A stretch of DNA of 64,000 bases, from NCBI GenBank assembly GCA_964016885.1, contig OZ024742.1, positions 201,748,001-201,812,000 on the forward strand, given 5' to 3'. The stretch is from Eledone cirrhosa. Lineage: Eukaryota. Below the pieces are notes generated by a model, which was not told the DNA's origin, made no database searches, and was given only the letters and a program-made list of their open reading frames with translations. The position numbers and the translations under genes are program-made. Shown in pieces: positions 1-18,800 of this stretch; position 1 is the first letter of the stretch, and every line of letters starts with the position of its first letter.

Positions 1-840
1 ATTACACCCACAACCACTACTATGACTACTACCACCACCACTACAGCTAGAACCACTACTATGACTACTACCACCACCACTAGAGGTACATCCACTACTA
101 TGACTACTGTCACCAACACTGCAGCCACAACCATTACTATGACTACTACCACCACCACTACAGCCACAGCAACTATTAAGACTACTACCACCACTACTGC
201 AGCCACAACCATTACTATGACTACCATCACCACTACTGCCCCAACCATTACTATGACTACTACCACCACCACTACAGTCACAACCACTACTATGACTAGT
301 ACCACCACTATTACAGCCACAGCTACTACTATGACTACTACCACCACCACTAGAGCTACAACCACTACTATGACTACTACCACCACCACTACAGCCACAA
401 CCACTACTATGACTACTACCACCACTACTACAGCCACAACCACTACTATGACTACTTCCACCACCAATACAGCCACAACCACAACTATGACTACTACCAC
501 CACCACTACAGCCACAACCACTACTATGACTACTACCACCACCACTACAGCCACAACCACTACTATGACTACTACCACCACCACTACAGCCACAACCACT
601 ACTATGACTACTACCACCACCACTACAGCCACAACCACTACAATGAATATTACCACCAACACTGCACCCACAACCATTAGTATGACTACTACCACCACCA
701 CTACAGCCACAACCACTACTATGACTACTACCACCAGCACTACAGCCACAACCACTACTATGACTACTACCACCACAACTACAGCCACAACCACTACTAT
801 GACTACTACCACCACCACTAGAGCTACACCCACTACTATG

Positions 841-3800
841 ACTTACCACCACCACTACAGCCACAACCATTACTATGACTACTACCACCACCACTACAGC
901 CACAACCACTACTATGACTACTACCACCACCACTACAGCCACAACCACTACTATGACTACTACCACCACCACTACAGCCACAACCATTACTATGACTACT
1001 ACCACCACCACTACAGCCATCACCATTACTATGACTACTACCACCACCACTACAGCCACAACCACTACTATGACTACTACCACCACCACTACAGCCACAA
1101 CCACTACTATGACTACTACCACCACCACTACAGCCACAACCACTACTATGACTACTACCACCACCACTACAGCCACAACCACTACTATGACTACTACCAC
1201 CACCACTACAGCCACAACCACTACTATGACTACTACCACCACCACTACAGCCACAACCATTACTATGACCACTACCACCACCACTACAGCCACAACCACT
1301 ACTATGACTACTACCACCAACACTGCAGCCACAATCATTACTATGACTAATACCACCACCACTACAGCCACAACCACAACTATGACTACTACCACCAACA
1401 CTGCAGCCACAACCATTACTATGACAACTACCACCACCACTACAGCCACAACCACTACTACATCTACTAACACCACCACTACAGCCACAACCACTACTAT
1501 GACTACTACCACCACCACTACAGCCACAACCACTACTATAATTACTACCACCAACTCTACAGCCACAACCACTACTATGTCTACTACCACCACCACTACA
1601 GCCACAACCACTACTATGACTACTACCACCACCATTACAGCCACAACCACTACTTTGACTGCTACCACCACCACTACAGCTACACCAATACTATGACTAC
1701 TACCACCACCACTAGAGCTACATCCACTACTATGACTACTACCACCACCACTACAGCTACAACCATTACTATGACTACTACCACCACAACTACAGCCACA
1801 ACCATTACTATGACAACTACCACCACCACTACAGCCTCAACCATTACTTTGACTACTACCCCTACTACTACAGCCACAACCATTACTATGACTACTACCA
1901 CCACCACTACAGCCACAACCATTACTTTGACTACTACCACCACCACTACAGCCACAATCACTACCATGATTTCTACCACCTCAACTACAGCCACAAACAT
2001 TACAGCCACATCCATTACTATGACTTCAACCACCACCACTAGAGCCACAACCACTACTATGACTACTTCCACCAACACTGCAGCCACAACCATTACAGCC
2101 ACAACCATTACAGCCACAACCACTACTATGATTACTACCACCACCACTACAGCCACAACCACTACTATGATTACTAAGACCACCACTACAGCAACAACCA
2201 TTACTATGACTACTACCACCACCACTGCAGCCACAACCACTACAATGACTACTACCACCACCACTACAGCCACAAGCACTACTATGACTACTACCACCAC
2301 CACTACAGCCACAATCACTACTATGACTACTGTCACCAACACTGCAGCCACAACCATTACTATGACTACTACCACCACCACTACAGCCACAACCATTACT
2401 ATGACTACTACCACTACCAATACAGCCACAACCACTACTATGACTACTACCACCACCACTACAGCCACAATCACTACTATGACTACTGTCACCAACACTG
2501 CAGCCACAACCATTACTATGACTACTACCACCACCACTACAGCCACAACCACTACTATGACTACTACCACCACCACTACAGCCACAACCATTACTATGAC
2601 TACTACCACCACCACTACAGCCACAACCATTACTATGACTACTACCACCCACACTACATCCACAACCACTACTATGACTACTACCACCACCACTACAGCC
2701 ACAACCATTACTATGACTACTACCACCACCACTACAGCCACAACCATTACTATGACTACTACCAACACCACTACAGCCACAACCACTACTATGACTACTA
2801 CCACCACCACTACAGCCACAACCATTACTATGACTACTACCACCACCACTATAGCCACAACCATTACTATGACTACTACCACCCACACTACATCCACAAC
2901 CACTACTATGACTACTACCACCACCACTACAGCCACAACCATTACTATGACTACTACCACCACCACTACAGCCACAACCATTACTATGACTACTACCAAC
3001 ACCACTACAGCTACAACAACTACTATGACTACTACCACCACCACTACAGGCACAACAATTACTATGACTACTCCCACCACCATTACAGCCACAACCACTA
3101 CTATGACTACTACCACCACCACAGCAGCCACAACCACTATTATGACTACTACCACCACCACTACAGCCACAACAACTATTAAGACTACTACCACCACTAC
3201 TACAGCCACAACCATTACTATGACTACTACCACCACCACTACAGCCACAACCACTACTATGACTACTACCACCACCACTACAGCCACAACCACTACTATA
3301 ACTACTAACACCACCTCTACAGCCAAAACCATTACTATGACTACTACCACCACCACTACAGCCACAACCACTACTATGACTACTACCACCACCACTACAG
3401 CCACAACCACTACTATGACTACTACCACCACCACTACAGTCACAACCACTACTATGACTACTACCACCACGACTTCAGTCACAACCACTACTATGACTAC
3501 TACCACCACCACTACAGCCACAACAACTACTATGACTACTACCACCACCACTACAGCCACAACCACTACTATGACTACTACCACCACCACTACAGCCACA
3601 ACCACTACTATGACTACTACCACCACCACTACAGCCACAACCACTACTATGACTACTACCACCACCACTACAGCCACAACCACTACTATGACTACTACCA
3701 CCACCACTTCAGTCACAACCACTACTATGACTACTACCACCACCACTACAGCCACAACCACTACTATAACTACTAACACCACCTCTACAGCCACAACCAT

Positions 3801-6800
3801 TACTATGACTACTACCACCACCACTACAGCCACATCCTCTACTATGACTACTACCACCACCACTACAGCCACAACCATTACTATGACTACTACCACCACC
3901 ACTATAGCCACAACCACTACTATGAGTACTACCACCACCACTACAGCCACAACCACTACTATGAGTACTAACATCACCACTACAGCCACAACCATTACTA
4001 TGACTACCATCACCACTACTGCCACAACCATTACTATGACTACTACCACCACCACTACAGCCACATCCACTACTATGACTACTACCACCACCACTACAGC
4101 CACAACCATTACTATGACTACTACCACCACCACTACAGCCACAACCACTACTATGAGTACTAACACCACCACTGCAACCACAACCATTACTATGACTTCT
4201 ACCACCACCACTACAGCCACAGCAACTATTAAGACTACTACCACCACTACTGCAGCCACAACCATTACTATGACTACCATCACCACTACTGCCACAACCA
4301 TTACTATGACTACTACCACCACCACTACAGCCACATCCACTACTATGACTACTACTACCACCACTACAGTCACAATCACTACTATGACTACTACCACCAC
4401 TACTACAGCCACTACCACTACTATGACTAGTACCACCACTACTACAGCCACAACCACTACTATGACTACTACCACCACCAATACAGCCACAACCACTACT
4501 ATGACTACTACCACCACCACTACAGCCACAACCACTACTATGACTACTACCACCACCACTACAGCCACAACCATTACTATGACTACTACCACCACCACTA
4601 CAGCCACAACCACTACTATGACTACTACCACCACCACTACAGCCACAACCACTACTATGACTACTACCACCACCACTACAGCCACAACCATTACTATGAC
4701 TACTACCACCACCACTACAGCCACATCCACTACTATGACTACTACCACCACCACTACAGCCACAACCATTACTATGACTACTACCACCACCACTACAGCC
4801 ACAACCACTACTATGAGTACTAACACCACCACTGCAACCACAACCATTACTATGACTACTACCACCACCACTACAGCCACAGCAACTATTAAGACTACTA
4901 CCACCACTACTGCAGCCACAACCATTACTATGACTACCATCACCACTACTGCCACAACCGTTACTATGACTACTACCACCACCACTACAGCCACATCCAC
5001 TACTATGACTACTACCACCACTACTACAGCCACTACCACTACTATGACTAGTACCACCACTACTACAGCCACAACCACTACAATGACTACTACCACCACT
5101 ACTACAGCCACTACCACTACTATGACTAGTACCACCACTACTACAGCCACAACCACTACTATGACTACTACCACCACCACTAGAGCTACAACCACTACTA
5201 TGACTACTACCACCACCACTTCAGTCACAACCACTACTATGACTACTACCACCACCACTACAGCCACATCCTCTACTATGACTACTACCACCACCACTAC
5301 AGCCACAACCATTACTAAGACTACTACCACCACCACTACAGCCACAACCACTACTATGAGTACTACCACCACCACTACAGCCACAACCACTACTATGAGT
5401 ACTAACACCACCACTGCAGCCACAACCATTGCTATGACTACCATCACCACTACTGCCACAACCATTACTATGACTACTACCACCACCACTACAGCCACAG
5501 CAACTATTAAGACTACTACCACCACTACTGCAGGCACAACCATTACTATGACTACTACCACCACCACTACAGTCACAACCACTACTATGACTAGTACCAC
5601 CACTACTACAGCCACAGCTACTACTATGACTACTACCACCACCACTAGAGCTACAACCACTACTATGACTACTACCACCACCACTACAGCCACAACCACT
5701 ACTATGACTACTACCACCACTACTACAGCCACAACCACTACTATGACTACTTCCACCACCAATACAGCCACAACCACTACTATGACTACTACCACCACCA
5801 CTACAGCCACAACCACTACTATGACTACTACCACCACCACTACAGCCACAACCACTACTATGACTACTACCACCACCACTACAGCCACAACCACTACTAT
5901 GACTACTACCACCACCACTACAGCCACAACCACTACAATGAATATTACCACCAACACTGCACCCACAACCATTAGTATGACTACTACCACCAACACTACA
6001 GCCACAACCACTACTATGACTACTACCACCACCACTACAGCCACAACCACTACTATGACTACTACCACCACAACTACAGCCACAACCACTACTATGACTA
6101 CTACCACCACCACTAGAGCTACACCCACTACTATGACTTACCACCACCACTACAGCCACAACCATTACTATGACTACTACCACCACCACTACAGCCACAA
6201 CCACTACTATGACTACTACCACCACCACTACAGCCACAACCACTACTATGACTACTACCACCACCACTACAGCCACAACCATTACTATGACTACTACCAC
6301 CAACACTACAGCCACAACCACTACTATAACTACTAACAGCACCTCTACAGCCACAACCATTACTATGACTACTACCACCACCACCACTACAGCCACAACC
6401 ACTACTATGACTACTACCACCACCACTACAGCCACAACCACTACTATGACTACTACCACCACCACTAGAGCCACAACCACTACAATGACTACTACCACCA
6501 CCACTTCAGTCACAACCACTACTATGACTACTACCACCACCACTACAGCCACATCCTCTACTATGACTACTACCACCACCACTACAGCCACAACCACTAC
6601 TATGACTACTACCATCACCACTACAGCCACAACCGCTACTATGACTACTACTACCACCATTACAGCCACAACCACTACTATGACTACTACCACCACCACT
6701 ACAGCTAGAACCACTACTATGACTACTACCACCACCACTAGAGCTACATCCACTACTATGAATACTGTCACCAACACTGCAGCCACAACCATTACTATGA

Positions 6801-9800
6801 CTACTACCACCTCCACTACAGCCACAACCGTTACTATGACTACTACCACCACCACTACAGCCACAACCACTACTATGACTACTACCACCACCACTACAGC
6901 CACAATCACTACTATGACTACTGTCACCAACACTGCAGCCACAACCATTACTATGACTACTACCAACACCACTACAGCCACAACCATTACTATGACTACT
7001 ACCACCACCACTACAGCCACAACCATTACTATGACTACTACCACCCACACTACATCCACAACCACTACTATGACTACTACCACCACCACTACAGCCACAA
7101 CCATTACTATGACTACTACCACCACCACTACAGCCACAACCATTACTATGACTACTACCACCACCACTACAGCCACAACCACTATTATGACTACTACCAC
7201 CACCACTACAGCCACAACAATTACTATGACTACTCCCACCACCACTACAGCCACAACCACTACTATGACTACTACCACCACCACTACAGCCACAACAATT
7301 ACTATGACTACTCCCACCACCACTACAGCCACAACCACTACTATGACTACTACCACCACCACAGCAGCCACAACCACTACTATGACTACTACCACCACCA
7401 CTACAGCCACAACAACTATTAAGACTACTACCACCACTACTACAGCCACAACCATTACTATGACTACTACCACCACCACTACAGCCACAACTACTACTAT
7501 GACTACTACCACCACCACTACAGCCACAACCACTACTATAACTACTAACACCACCTCTACAGCCACAACCATTACTATGACTACTACCACCACCACTACA
7601 GCCACAACCACTACTATTACTACTACCACCACCACTACAGCCACAACCACTACTATGACTACTACCACCACCACTACAGCCACAACCACTACTATGACTA
7701 CTACCACCACCACTTCAGTCACAACCACTACTATGACTACTACCACCACCACTACAGCCACAACCACTACTATAACTACTAACACCACCTCTACAGCCAC
7801 AACCATTACTATGACTACTACCACCACCACTACAGCCACATCCTCTACTATGACTACTACCACCACCACTACAGCCACAACCATTACTATGACTACTACC
7901 ACCACCACTATAGCCACAACCACTACTATGAGTACTACCACCACCACTACAGCCACAACCACTACTATGAGTACTAACACCACCACTACAGCCACAACCA
8001 TTACTATGACTACCATCACCACTACTGCCACAACCATTACTATGACTACTACCACCACCACTACAGCCACAACCATTACTATGACTACTACCACCACCAC
8101 TACAGCCACATCCACTACTATGACTACTACCACCACCACTACAGGCACAACAATTACTATGACTACTCCCACCACCATTACAGCCACAACCACTACTATG
8201 ACTACTACCACCACCACAGCAGCCACAACCACTACTATGACTACTACCACCACCACTACAGCCACAACAACTATTAAGACTACTACCACCACTACTACAG
8301 CCACAACCATTACTATGACTACTACCACCACCACTACAGCCACAACCACTACTATGACTACTACCTCCACCACTACAGCCACAACCACTACTATAACTAC
8401 TAACACCACCTCTACAGCCAAAACCATTACTATGACTACTACCACCACCACTACAGCCACAACCACTACTATGACTACTACCACCACCACTACAGCCACA
8501 ACCACTACTATGACTACTACCACCACCACTACAGCCACAACCACTACTATGACTACTACCACCACGACTTCAGTCACAACCACTACTATGACTACTACCA
8601 CCACCACTACAGCCACAACAACTACTATGACTACTACCACCACCACTACAGCCACAACCACTACTATGACTACTACCACCACCACTACAGCCACAACCAC
8701 TACTATGACTACTACCACCACCACTACAGCCACAACCACTACTATGACTACTACCACCACCACTACAGCCACAACCACTACTATGACTACTACCACCATC
8801 ACTTCAGTCACAACCACTACTATGACTACTACCACCACCACTACAGCCACAACCACTACTATAACTACTAACACCACCTCTACAGCCACAACCATTACTA
8901 TGACTACTACCACCACCACTACAGCCACATCCTCTACTATGACTACTACCACCACCACTACAGCCACAACCATTACTATGACTACTACCACCACCACTAT
9001 AGCCACAACCACTACTATGAGTACTACCACCACCACTACAGCCACAACCACTACTATGAGTACTAACACCACCACTACAGCCACAACCATTACTATGACT
9101 ACCATCACCACTACTGCCACAACCATTACTATGACTACTACCACCACCACTACAGCCACATCCACTACTATGACTACTACCACCACCACTACAGCCACAA
9201 CCATTACTATGACTACTACCACCACCACTACAGCCACAACCACTACTATGAGTACTAACACCACCACTGCAACCACAACCATTACTATGACTTCTACCAC
9301 CACCACTACAGCCACAGCAACTATTAAGACTACTACCACCACTACTGCAGCCACAACCATTACTATGACTACCATCACCACTACTGCCACAACCATTACT
9401 ATGACTACTACCACCACCACTACAGCCACATCCACTACTATGACTACTACTACCACCACTACAGTCACAATCACTACTATGACTACTAACACCACTACTA
9501 CAGCCACTACCACTACTATGACTAGTACCACCACTACTACAGCCACAACCACTACTATGACTACTACCACCACCAATACAGCCACAACCACTACTATGAC
9601 TACTACCACCACCACAACAGCCACAACCACTACTATGACTACTACCACCACCACTACAGCCACAACCATTACTATGACTACTACCACCACCACTACAGCC
9701 ACAACCACTACTATGACTACTACCACCACCACTACAGCCACAACCACTACTATGACTACTACCACCACCACTACAGCCACAACCATTACTATGACTACTA

Positions 9801-12800
9801 CCACCACCACTACAGCCACATCCACTACTATGACTACTACCACCACCACTACAGCCACAACCATTACTATGACTACTACCACCACCACTACAGCCACAAC
9901 CACTACTATGAGTACTAACACCACCACTGCAACCACAACCATTACTATGACTACTACCACCACCACTACAGCCACAGCAACTATTAAGACTACTACCACC
10001 ACTACTGCAGCCACAACCATTACTATGACTACCATCACCACTACTGCCACAACCGTTACTATGACTACTACCACCACCACTAGAGCCACATCCACTACTA
10101 TGACTACTACCACCACTACTACAGCCACTACCACTACTATGACTAGTACCACCACTACTACAGCCACAACCACTACTATGACTACTACCACCACCACTAG
10201 AGCTACAACCACTACTATGACTACTACCACCACCACTTCAGTCACAACCACTACTATGACTACTACCACCACCACTACAGCCACATCCTCTACTATGACT
10301 ACTACCACCACCACTACAGCCACAACCATTACTAAGACTACTACCACCACCACTACAGCCACAACCACTACTATGAGTACTACCACCACCACTACAGCCA
10401 CAACCACTACTATGAGTACTAACACCACCACTGCAGCCACAACCATTGCTATGACTACCATCACCACTACTGCCACAACCATTACTATGACTACTACCAC
10501 CACCACTACAGCCACAGCAACTATTAAGACTACTACCACCACTACTGCAGGCACAACCATTACTATGACTACTACCACCACCACTACAGTCACAACCACT
10601 ACTATGACTAGTACCACCACTACTACAGCCACAGCTACTACTATGACTACTACCACCACCACTAGAGCTACAACCACTACTATGACTACTACCACCACCA
10701 CTACAGCCACAACCACTACTATGACTACTACCACCACTACTACAGCCACAACCACTACTATGACTACTTCCACCACCAATACAGCCACAACCACTACTAT
10801 GACTACTACCACCACCACTACAGCCACAACCACTACTATGACTACTACCACCACCACTACAGCCACAACCACTACTATGACTACTACCACCACCACTACA
10901 GCCACAACCACTACTATGACTACTACCACCACCACTACAGCCACAACCACTACAATGAATATTACCACCAACACTGCACCCACAACCATTAGTATGACTA
11001 CTACCACCAACACTACAGCCACAACCACTACTATGACTACTACCACCACCACTACAGCCACAACCACTACTATGACTACTACCACCACAACTACAGCCAC
11101 AACCACTACTATGACTACTACCACCACCACTAGAGCTACACCCACTACTATGACTTACCACCACCACTACAGCCACAACCATTACTATGACTACTACCAC
11201 CACCACTACAGCCACAACCACTACTATGACTACTACCACCACCACTACAGCCACAACCACTACTATGACTACTACCACCACCACTACAGCCACAACCATT
11301 ACTATGACTACTACCACCAACACTACAGCCACAACCACTACTATAACTACTAACAGCACCTCTACAGCCACAACCATTACTATGACTACTACCACCACCA
11401 CCACTACAGCCACAACCACTACTATGACTACTACCACCACCACTACAGCCACAACCACTACTATGACTACTACCACCACCACTAGAGCCACAACCACTAC
11501 AATGACTACTACCACCACCACTTCAGTCACAACCACTACTATGACTACTACCACCACCACTACAGCCACATCCTCTACTATGACTACTACCACCACCACT
11601 ACAGCCACAACCACTACTATGACTACTACCATCACCACTACAGCCACAACCGCTACTATGACTACTACTACCACCATTACAGCCACAACCACTACTATGA
11701 CTACTACCACCACCACTACAGCTAGAACCACTACTATGACTACTACCACCACCACTAGAGCTACATCCACTACTATGAATACTGTCACCAACACTGCAGC
11801 CACAACCATTACTATGACTACTACCACCTCCACTACAGCCACAACCGTTACTATGACTACTACCACCACCACTACAGCCACAACCACTACTATGACTACT
11901 ACCACCACCACTACAGCCACAATCACTACTATGACTACTGTCACCAACACTGCAGCCACAACCATTACTATGACTACTACCAACACCACTACAGCCACAA
12001 CCATTACTATGACTACTACCACCACCACTACAGCCACAACCATTACTATGACTACTACCACCCACACTACATCCACAACCACTACTATGACTACTACCAC
12101 CACCACTACAGCCACAACCATTACTATGACTACTACCACCACCACTACAGCCACAACCATTACTATGACTACTACCACCACCACTACAGCCACAACCACT
12201 ATTATGACTACTACCACCACCACTACAGCCACAACAATTACTATGACTACTCCCACCACCACTACAGCCACAACCACTACTATGACTACTACCACCACCA
12301 CTACAGCCACAACAATTACTATGACTACTCCCACCACCACTACAGCCACAACCACTACTATGACTACTACCACCACCACAGCAGCCACAACCACTACTAT
12401 GACTACTACCACCACCACTACAGCCACAACAACTATTAAGACTACTACCACCACTACTACAGCCACAACCATTACTATGACTACTACCACCACCACTACA
12501 GCCACAACTACTACTATGACTACTACCACCACCACTACAGCCACAACCACTACTATAACTACTAACACCACCTCTACAGCCACAACCATTACTATGACTA
12601 CTACCACCACCACTACAGCCACAACCACTACTATTACTACTACCACCACCACTACAGCCACAACCACTACTATGACTACTACCACCACCACTACAGCCAC
12701 AACCACTACTATGACTACTACCACCACCACTTCAGTCACAACCACTACTATGACTACTACCACCACCACTACAGCCACAACCACTACTATAACTACTAAC

Positions 12801-15800
12801 ACCACCTCTACAGCCACAACCATTACTATGACTACTACCACCACCACTACAGCCACATCCTCTACTATGACTACTACCACCACCACTACAGCCACAACCA
12901 TTACTATGACTACTACCACCACCACTATAGCCACAACCACTACTATGAGTACTACCACCACCACTACAGCCACAACCACTACTATGAGTACTAACACCAC
13001 CACTACAGCCACAACCATTACTATGACTACCATCACCACTACTGCCACAACCATTACTATGACTACTACCACCACCACTACAGCCACAACCATTACTATG
13101 ACTACTACCACCACCACTACAGCCACATCCACTACTATGACTACTACCACCACCACTACAGGCACAACAATTACTATGACTACTCCCACCACCATTACAG
13201 CCACAACCACTACTATGACTACTACCACCACCACAGCAGCCACAACCACTACTATGACTACTACCACCACCACTACAGCCACAACAACTATTAAGACTAC
13301 TACCACCACTACTACAGCCACAACCATTACTATGACTACTACCACCACCACTACAGCCACAACCACTACTATGACTACTACCTCCACCACTACAGCCACA
13401 ACCACTACTATAACTACTAACACCACCTCTACAGCCAAAACCATTACTATGACTACTACCACCACCACTACAGCCACAACCACTACTATGACTACTACCA
13501 CCACCACTACAGCCACAACCACTACTATGACTACTACCACCACCACTACAGCCACAACCACTACTATGACTACTACCACCACGACTTCAGTCACAACCAC
13601 TACTATGACTACTACCACCACCACTACAGCCACAACAACTACTATGACTACTACCACCACCACTACAGCCACAACCACTACTATGACTACTACCACCACC
13701 ACTACAGCCACAACCACTACTATGACTACTACCACCACCACTACAGCCACAACCACTACTATGACTACTACCACCACCACTACAGCCACAACCACTACTA
13801 TGACTACTACCACCATCACTTCAGTCACAACCACTACTATGACTACTACCACCACCACTACAGCCACAACCACTACTATAACTACTAACACCACCTCTAC
13901 AGCCACAACCATTACTATGACTACTACCACCACCACTACAGCCACATCCTCTACTATGACTACTACCACCACCACTACAGCCACAACCATTACTATGACT
14001 ACTACCACCACCACTATAGCCACAACCACTACTATGAGTACTACCACCACCACTACAGCCACAACCACTACTATGAGTACTAACACCACCACTACAGCCA
14101 CAACCATTACTATGACTACCATCACCACTACTGCCACAACCATTACTATGACTACTACCACCACCACTACAGCCACATCCACTACTATGACTACTACCAC
14201 CACCACTACAGCCACAACCATTACTATGACTACTACCACCACCACTACAGCCACAACCACTACTATGAGTACTAACACCACCACTGCAACCACAACCATT
14301 ACTATGACTTCTACCACCACCACTACAGCCACAGCAACTATTAAGACTACTACCACCACTACTGCAGCCACAACCATTACTATGACTACCATCACCACTA
14401 CTGCCACAACCATTACTATGACTACTACCACCACCACTACAGCCACATCCACTACTATGACTACTACTACCACCACTACAGTCACAATCACTACTATGAC
14501 TACTAACACCACTACTACAGCCACTACCACTACTATGACTAGTACCACCACTACTACAGCCACAACCACTACTATGACTACTACCACCACCAATACAGCC
14601 ACAACCACTACTATGACTACTACCACCACCACAACAGCCACAACCACTACTATGACTACTACCACCACCACTACAGCCACAACCATTACTATGACTACTA
14701 CCACCACCACTACAGCCACAACCACTACTATGACTACTACCACCACCACTACAGCCACAACCACTACTATGACTACTACCACCACCACTACAGCCACAAC
14801 CATTACTATGACTACTACCACCACCACTACAGCCACATCCACTACTATGACTACTACCACCACCACTACAGCCACAACCATTACTATGACTACTACCACC
14901 ACCACTACAGCCACAACCACTACTATGAGTACTAACACCACCACTGCAACCACAACCATTACTATGACTACTACCACCACCACTACAGCCACAGCAACTA
15001 TTAAGACTACTACCACCACTACTGCAGCCACAACCATTACTATGACTACCATCACCACTACTGCCACAACCGTTACTATGACTACTACCACCACCACTAG
15101 AGCCACATCCACTACTATGACTACTACCACCACTACTACAGCCACTACCACTACTATGACTAGTACCACCACTACTACAGCCACAACCACTACAATGACT
15201 ACTACCACCACTACTACAGCCACTACCACTACTATGACTAGTACCACCACTACTACAGCCACAACCACTACTATGACTACTACCACCACCACTAGAGCTA
15301 CAACCACTACTATGACTACTACCACCACCACTTCAGTCACAACCACTACTATGACTACTACCACCACCACTACAGCCACATCCTCTACTATGACTACTAC
15401 CACCACCACTACAGCCACAACCATTACTAAGACTACTACCACCACCACTACAGCCACAACCACTACTATGAGTACTACCACCACCACTACAGCCACAACC
15501 ACTACTATGAGTACTAACACCACCACTGCAACCACAACCATTACTATGACTACTACCACCACCACTACAGCCACAGCAACTATTAAGACTACTACCACCA
15601 CTACTGCAGGCACAACCATTACTATGACTACTACCACCACCACTACAGTCACAACCACTACTATGACTAGTACCACCACTACTACAGCCACAGCTACTAC
15701 TATGACTACTACCACCACCACTAGAGCTACAACCACTACTATGACTACTACCACCACCACTACAGCCACAACCACTACTATGACTACTACCACCACTACT

Positions 15801-18800
15801 ACAGCCACAACCACTACTATGACTACTTCCACCACCAATACAGCCACAACCACTACTATGACTACTACCACCACCACTACAGCCACAACCACTACTATGA
15901 CTACTACCACCACCACTACAGCCACAACCACTACTATGACTACTACCACCACCACTACAGCCACAACCACTACTATGACTACTACCACCACCACTACAGC
16001 CACAACCACTACAATGAATATTACCACCAACACTGCACTCACAACCATTAGTATGACTACTACCACCACCACTACAGCCACAACCACTACTATGACTACT
16101 ACCACCACCACTACAGCCACAACCACTACTATGACTACTACCACCACAACTACAGCCACAACCACTACTATGACTACTACCACCACCACTAGAGCTACAC
16201 CCACTACTATGACTTACCACCACCACTACAGCCACAACCATTACTATGACTACTACCACCACCACTACAGCCACAACCACTACTATGACTACTACCACCA
16301 CCACTACAGCCACAACCACTACTATGACTACTACCACCACCACTACAGCCACAACCATTACTATGACTACTACCACCAACACTACAGCCACAACCACTAC
16401 TATAACTACTAACAGCACCTCTACAGCCACAACCATTACTATGACTACTACCACCACCACCACTACAGCCACAACCACTACTATGACTACTACCACCACC
16501 ACTACAGCCACAACCACTACTATGACTACTACCACCACCACTAGAGCCACAACCACTACTATGACTACTACCACCACCACTTCAGTCACAACCACTACTA
16601 TGACTACTACCACCACCACTACAGCCACATCCTCTACTATGACTACTACCACCACCACTACAGCCACAACCATTACTATGACTACTACCATCACCACTAC
16701 AGCCACAACCGCTACTATGACTACTACCACCACCATTACAGCCACAACCACTACTATGACTACTACCACCACCACTACAGCTAGAACCACTACTATGACT
16801 ACTACCACCACCACTAGAGCTACATCCACTACTATGACTACTGTCACCAACACTGCAGCCACAACCATTACTATGACTACTACCACCACCACTACAGCCA
16901 CAACCGTTACTATGACTACTACCACCACCACTACAGCCACAACCACTACTATAACTACTAACACCACCTCTACAGCCACAACCATTACTATGACTACTAC
17001 CACCACCACTACAGCCACATCCTCTACTATGACTACTACCACCACCACTACAGCCACAACCATTACTATGACTACTACCACCACCACTACAGCCACAACC
17101 ATTACTATGTCTACTACCACCCACACTACATCCACAACCACTACTATGACTACTACCACCACCACTACAGCCACAACCATTACTATGACTACTACCACCA
17201 CCACTACAGCCACAACCATTACTATGACTACTACCACCACCACTACAGCCACAACCACTATTATGACTACTACCACCACCACTACAGCCACAACAATTAC
17301 TATGACTACTCCCACCACCACTACAGCCACAACCACTACTATAACTACTAACACCACCTCTACAGCCAAAACCATTACTATGACTACTACCACCACCACT
17401 ACAGCCACAACCACTACTATGACTACTACCACCACCACTACAGCCACAACCACTACTATGACTACTACCACCACCACTACAGCCACAACCACTACTATGA
17501 CTACTACCACCACGACTTCAGTCACAACCACTACTATGACTACTACCACCACCACTACAGCCACAACAACTACTATGACTACTACCACCACCACTACAGC
17601 CACAACCACTACTATGACTACTACCACCACCACTACAGCCACAACCACTACTATGACTACTACCACCACCACTACAGCCACAACCACTACTATGACTACT
17701 ACCACCACCACTACAGCCACAACCACTACTATGACTACTACCACCACCACTTCAGTCACAACCACTACTATGACTACTACCACCACCACTACAGCCACAA
17801 CCACTACTATAACTACTAACACCACCTCTACAGCCACAACCATTACTATGACTACTACCACCACCACTACAGCCACATCCTCTACTATGACTACTACCAC
17901 CACCACTACAGCCACAACCATTACTATGACTACTACCACCACCACTATAGCCACAACCACTACTATGAGTACTACCACCACCACTACAGCCACAACCACT
18001 ACTATGAGTACTAACACCACCACTACAGCCACAACCATTACTATGACTACCATCACCACTACTGCCACAACCATTACTATGACTACTACCACCACCACTA
18101 CAGCCACATCCACTACTATGACTACTACCACCACCACTACAGCCACAACCATTACTATGACTACTACCACCACCACTACAGCCACAACCACTACTATGAG
18201 TACTAACACCACCACTGCAACCACAACCATTACTATGACTTCTACCACCACCACTACAGCCACAGCAACTATTAAGACTACTACCACCACTACTGCAGCC
18301 ACAACCATTACTATGACTACCATCACCACTACTGCCACAACCATTACTATGACTACTACCACCACCACTACAGCCACATCCACTACTATGACTACTACTA
18401 CCACCACTACAGTCACAATCACTACTATGACTAGTACCACCACTACTACAGCCACAACCACTACTATGACTACTACCACCACCAATACAGCCACAACCAC
18501 TACTATGACTACTACCACCACCACTACAGCCACAACCACTACTATGACTACTACCACCACCACTACAGCCACAACCATTACTATGACTACTACCACCACC
18601 ACTACAGCCACAACCACTACTATGACTACTACCACCACCACTACAGCCACAACCACTACTATGACTACTACCACCACCACTACAGCCACAACCATTACTA
18701 TGACTACTACCACCACCACTACAGCCACATCCACTACTATGACTACTACCACCACCACTACAGCCACAACCATTACTATGACTACTACCACCACCACTAC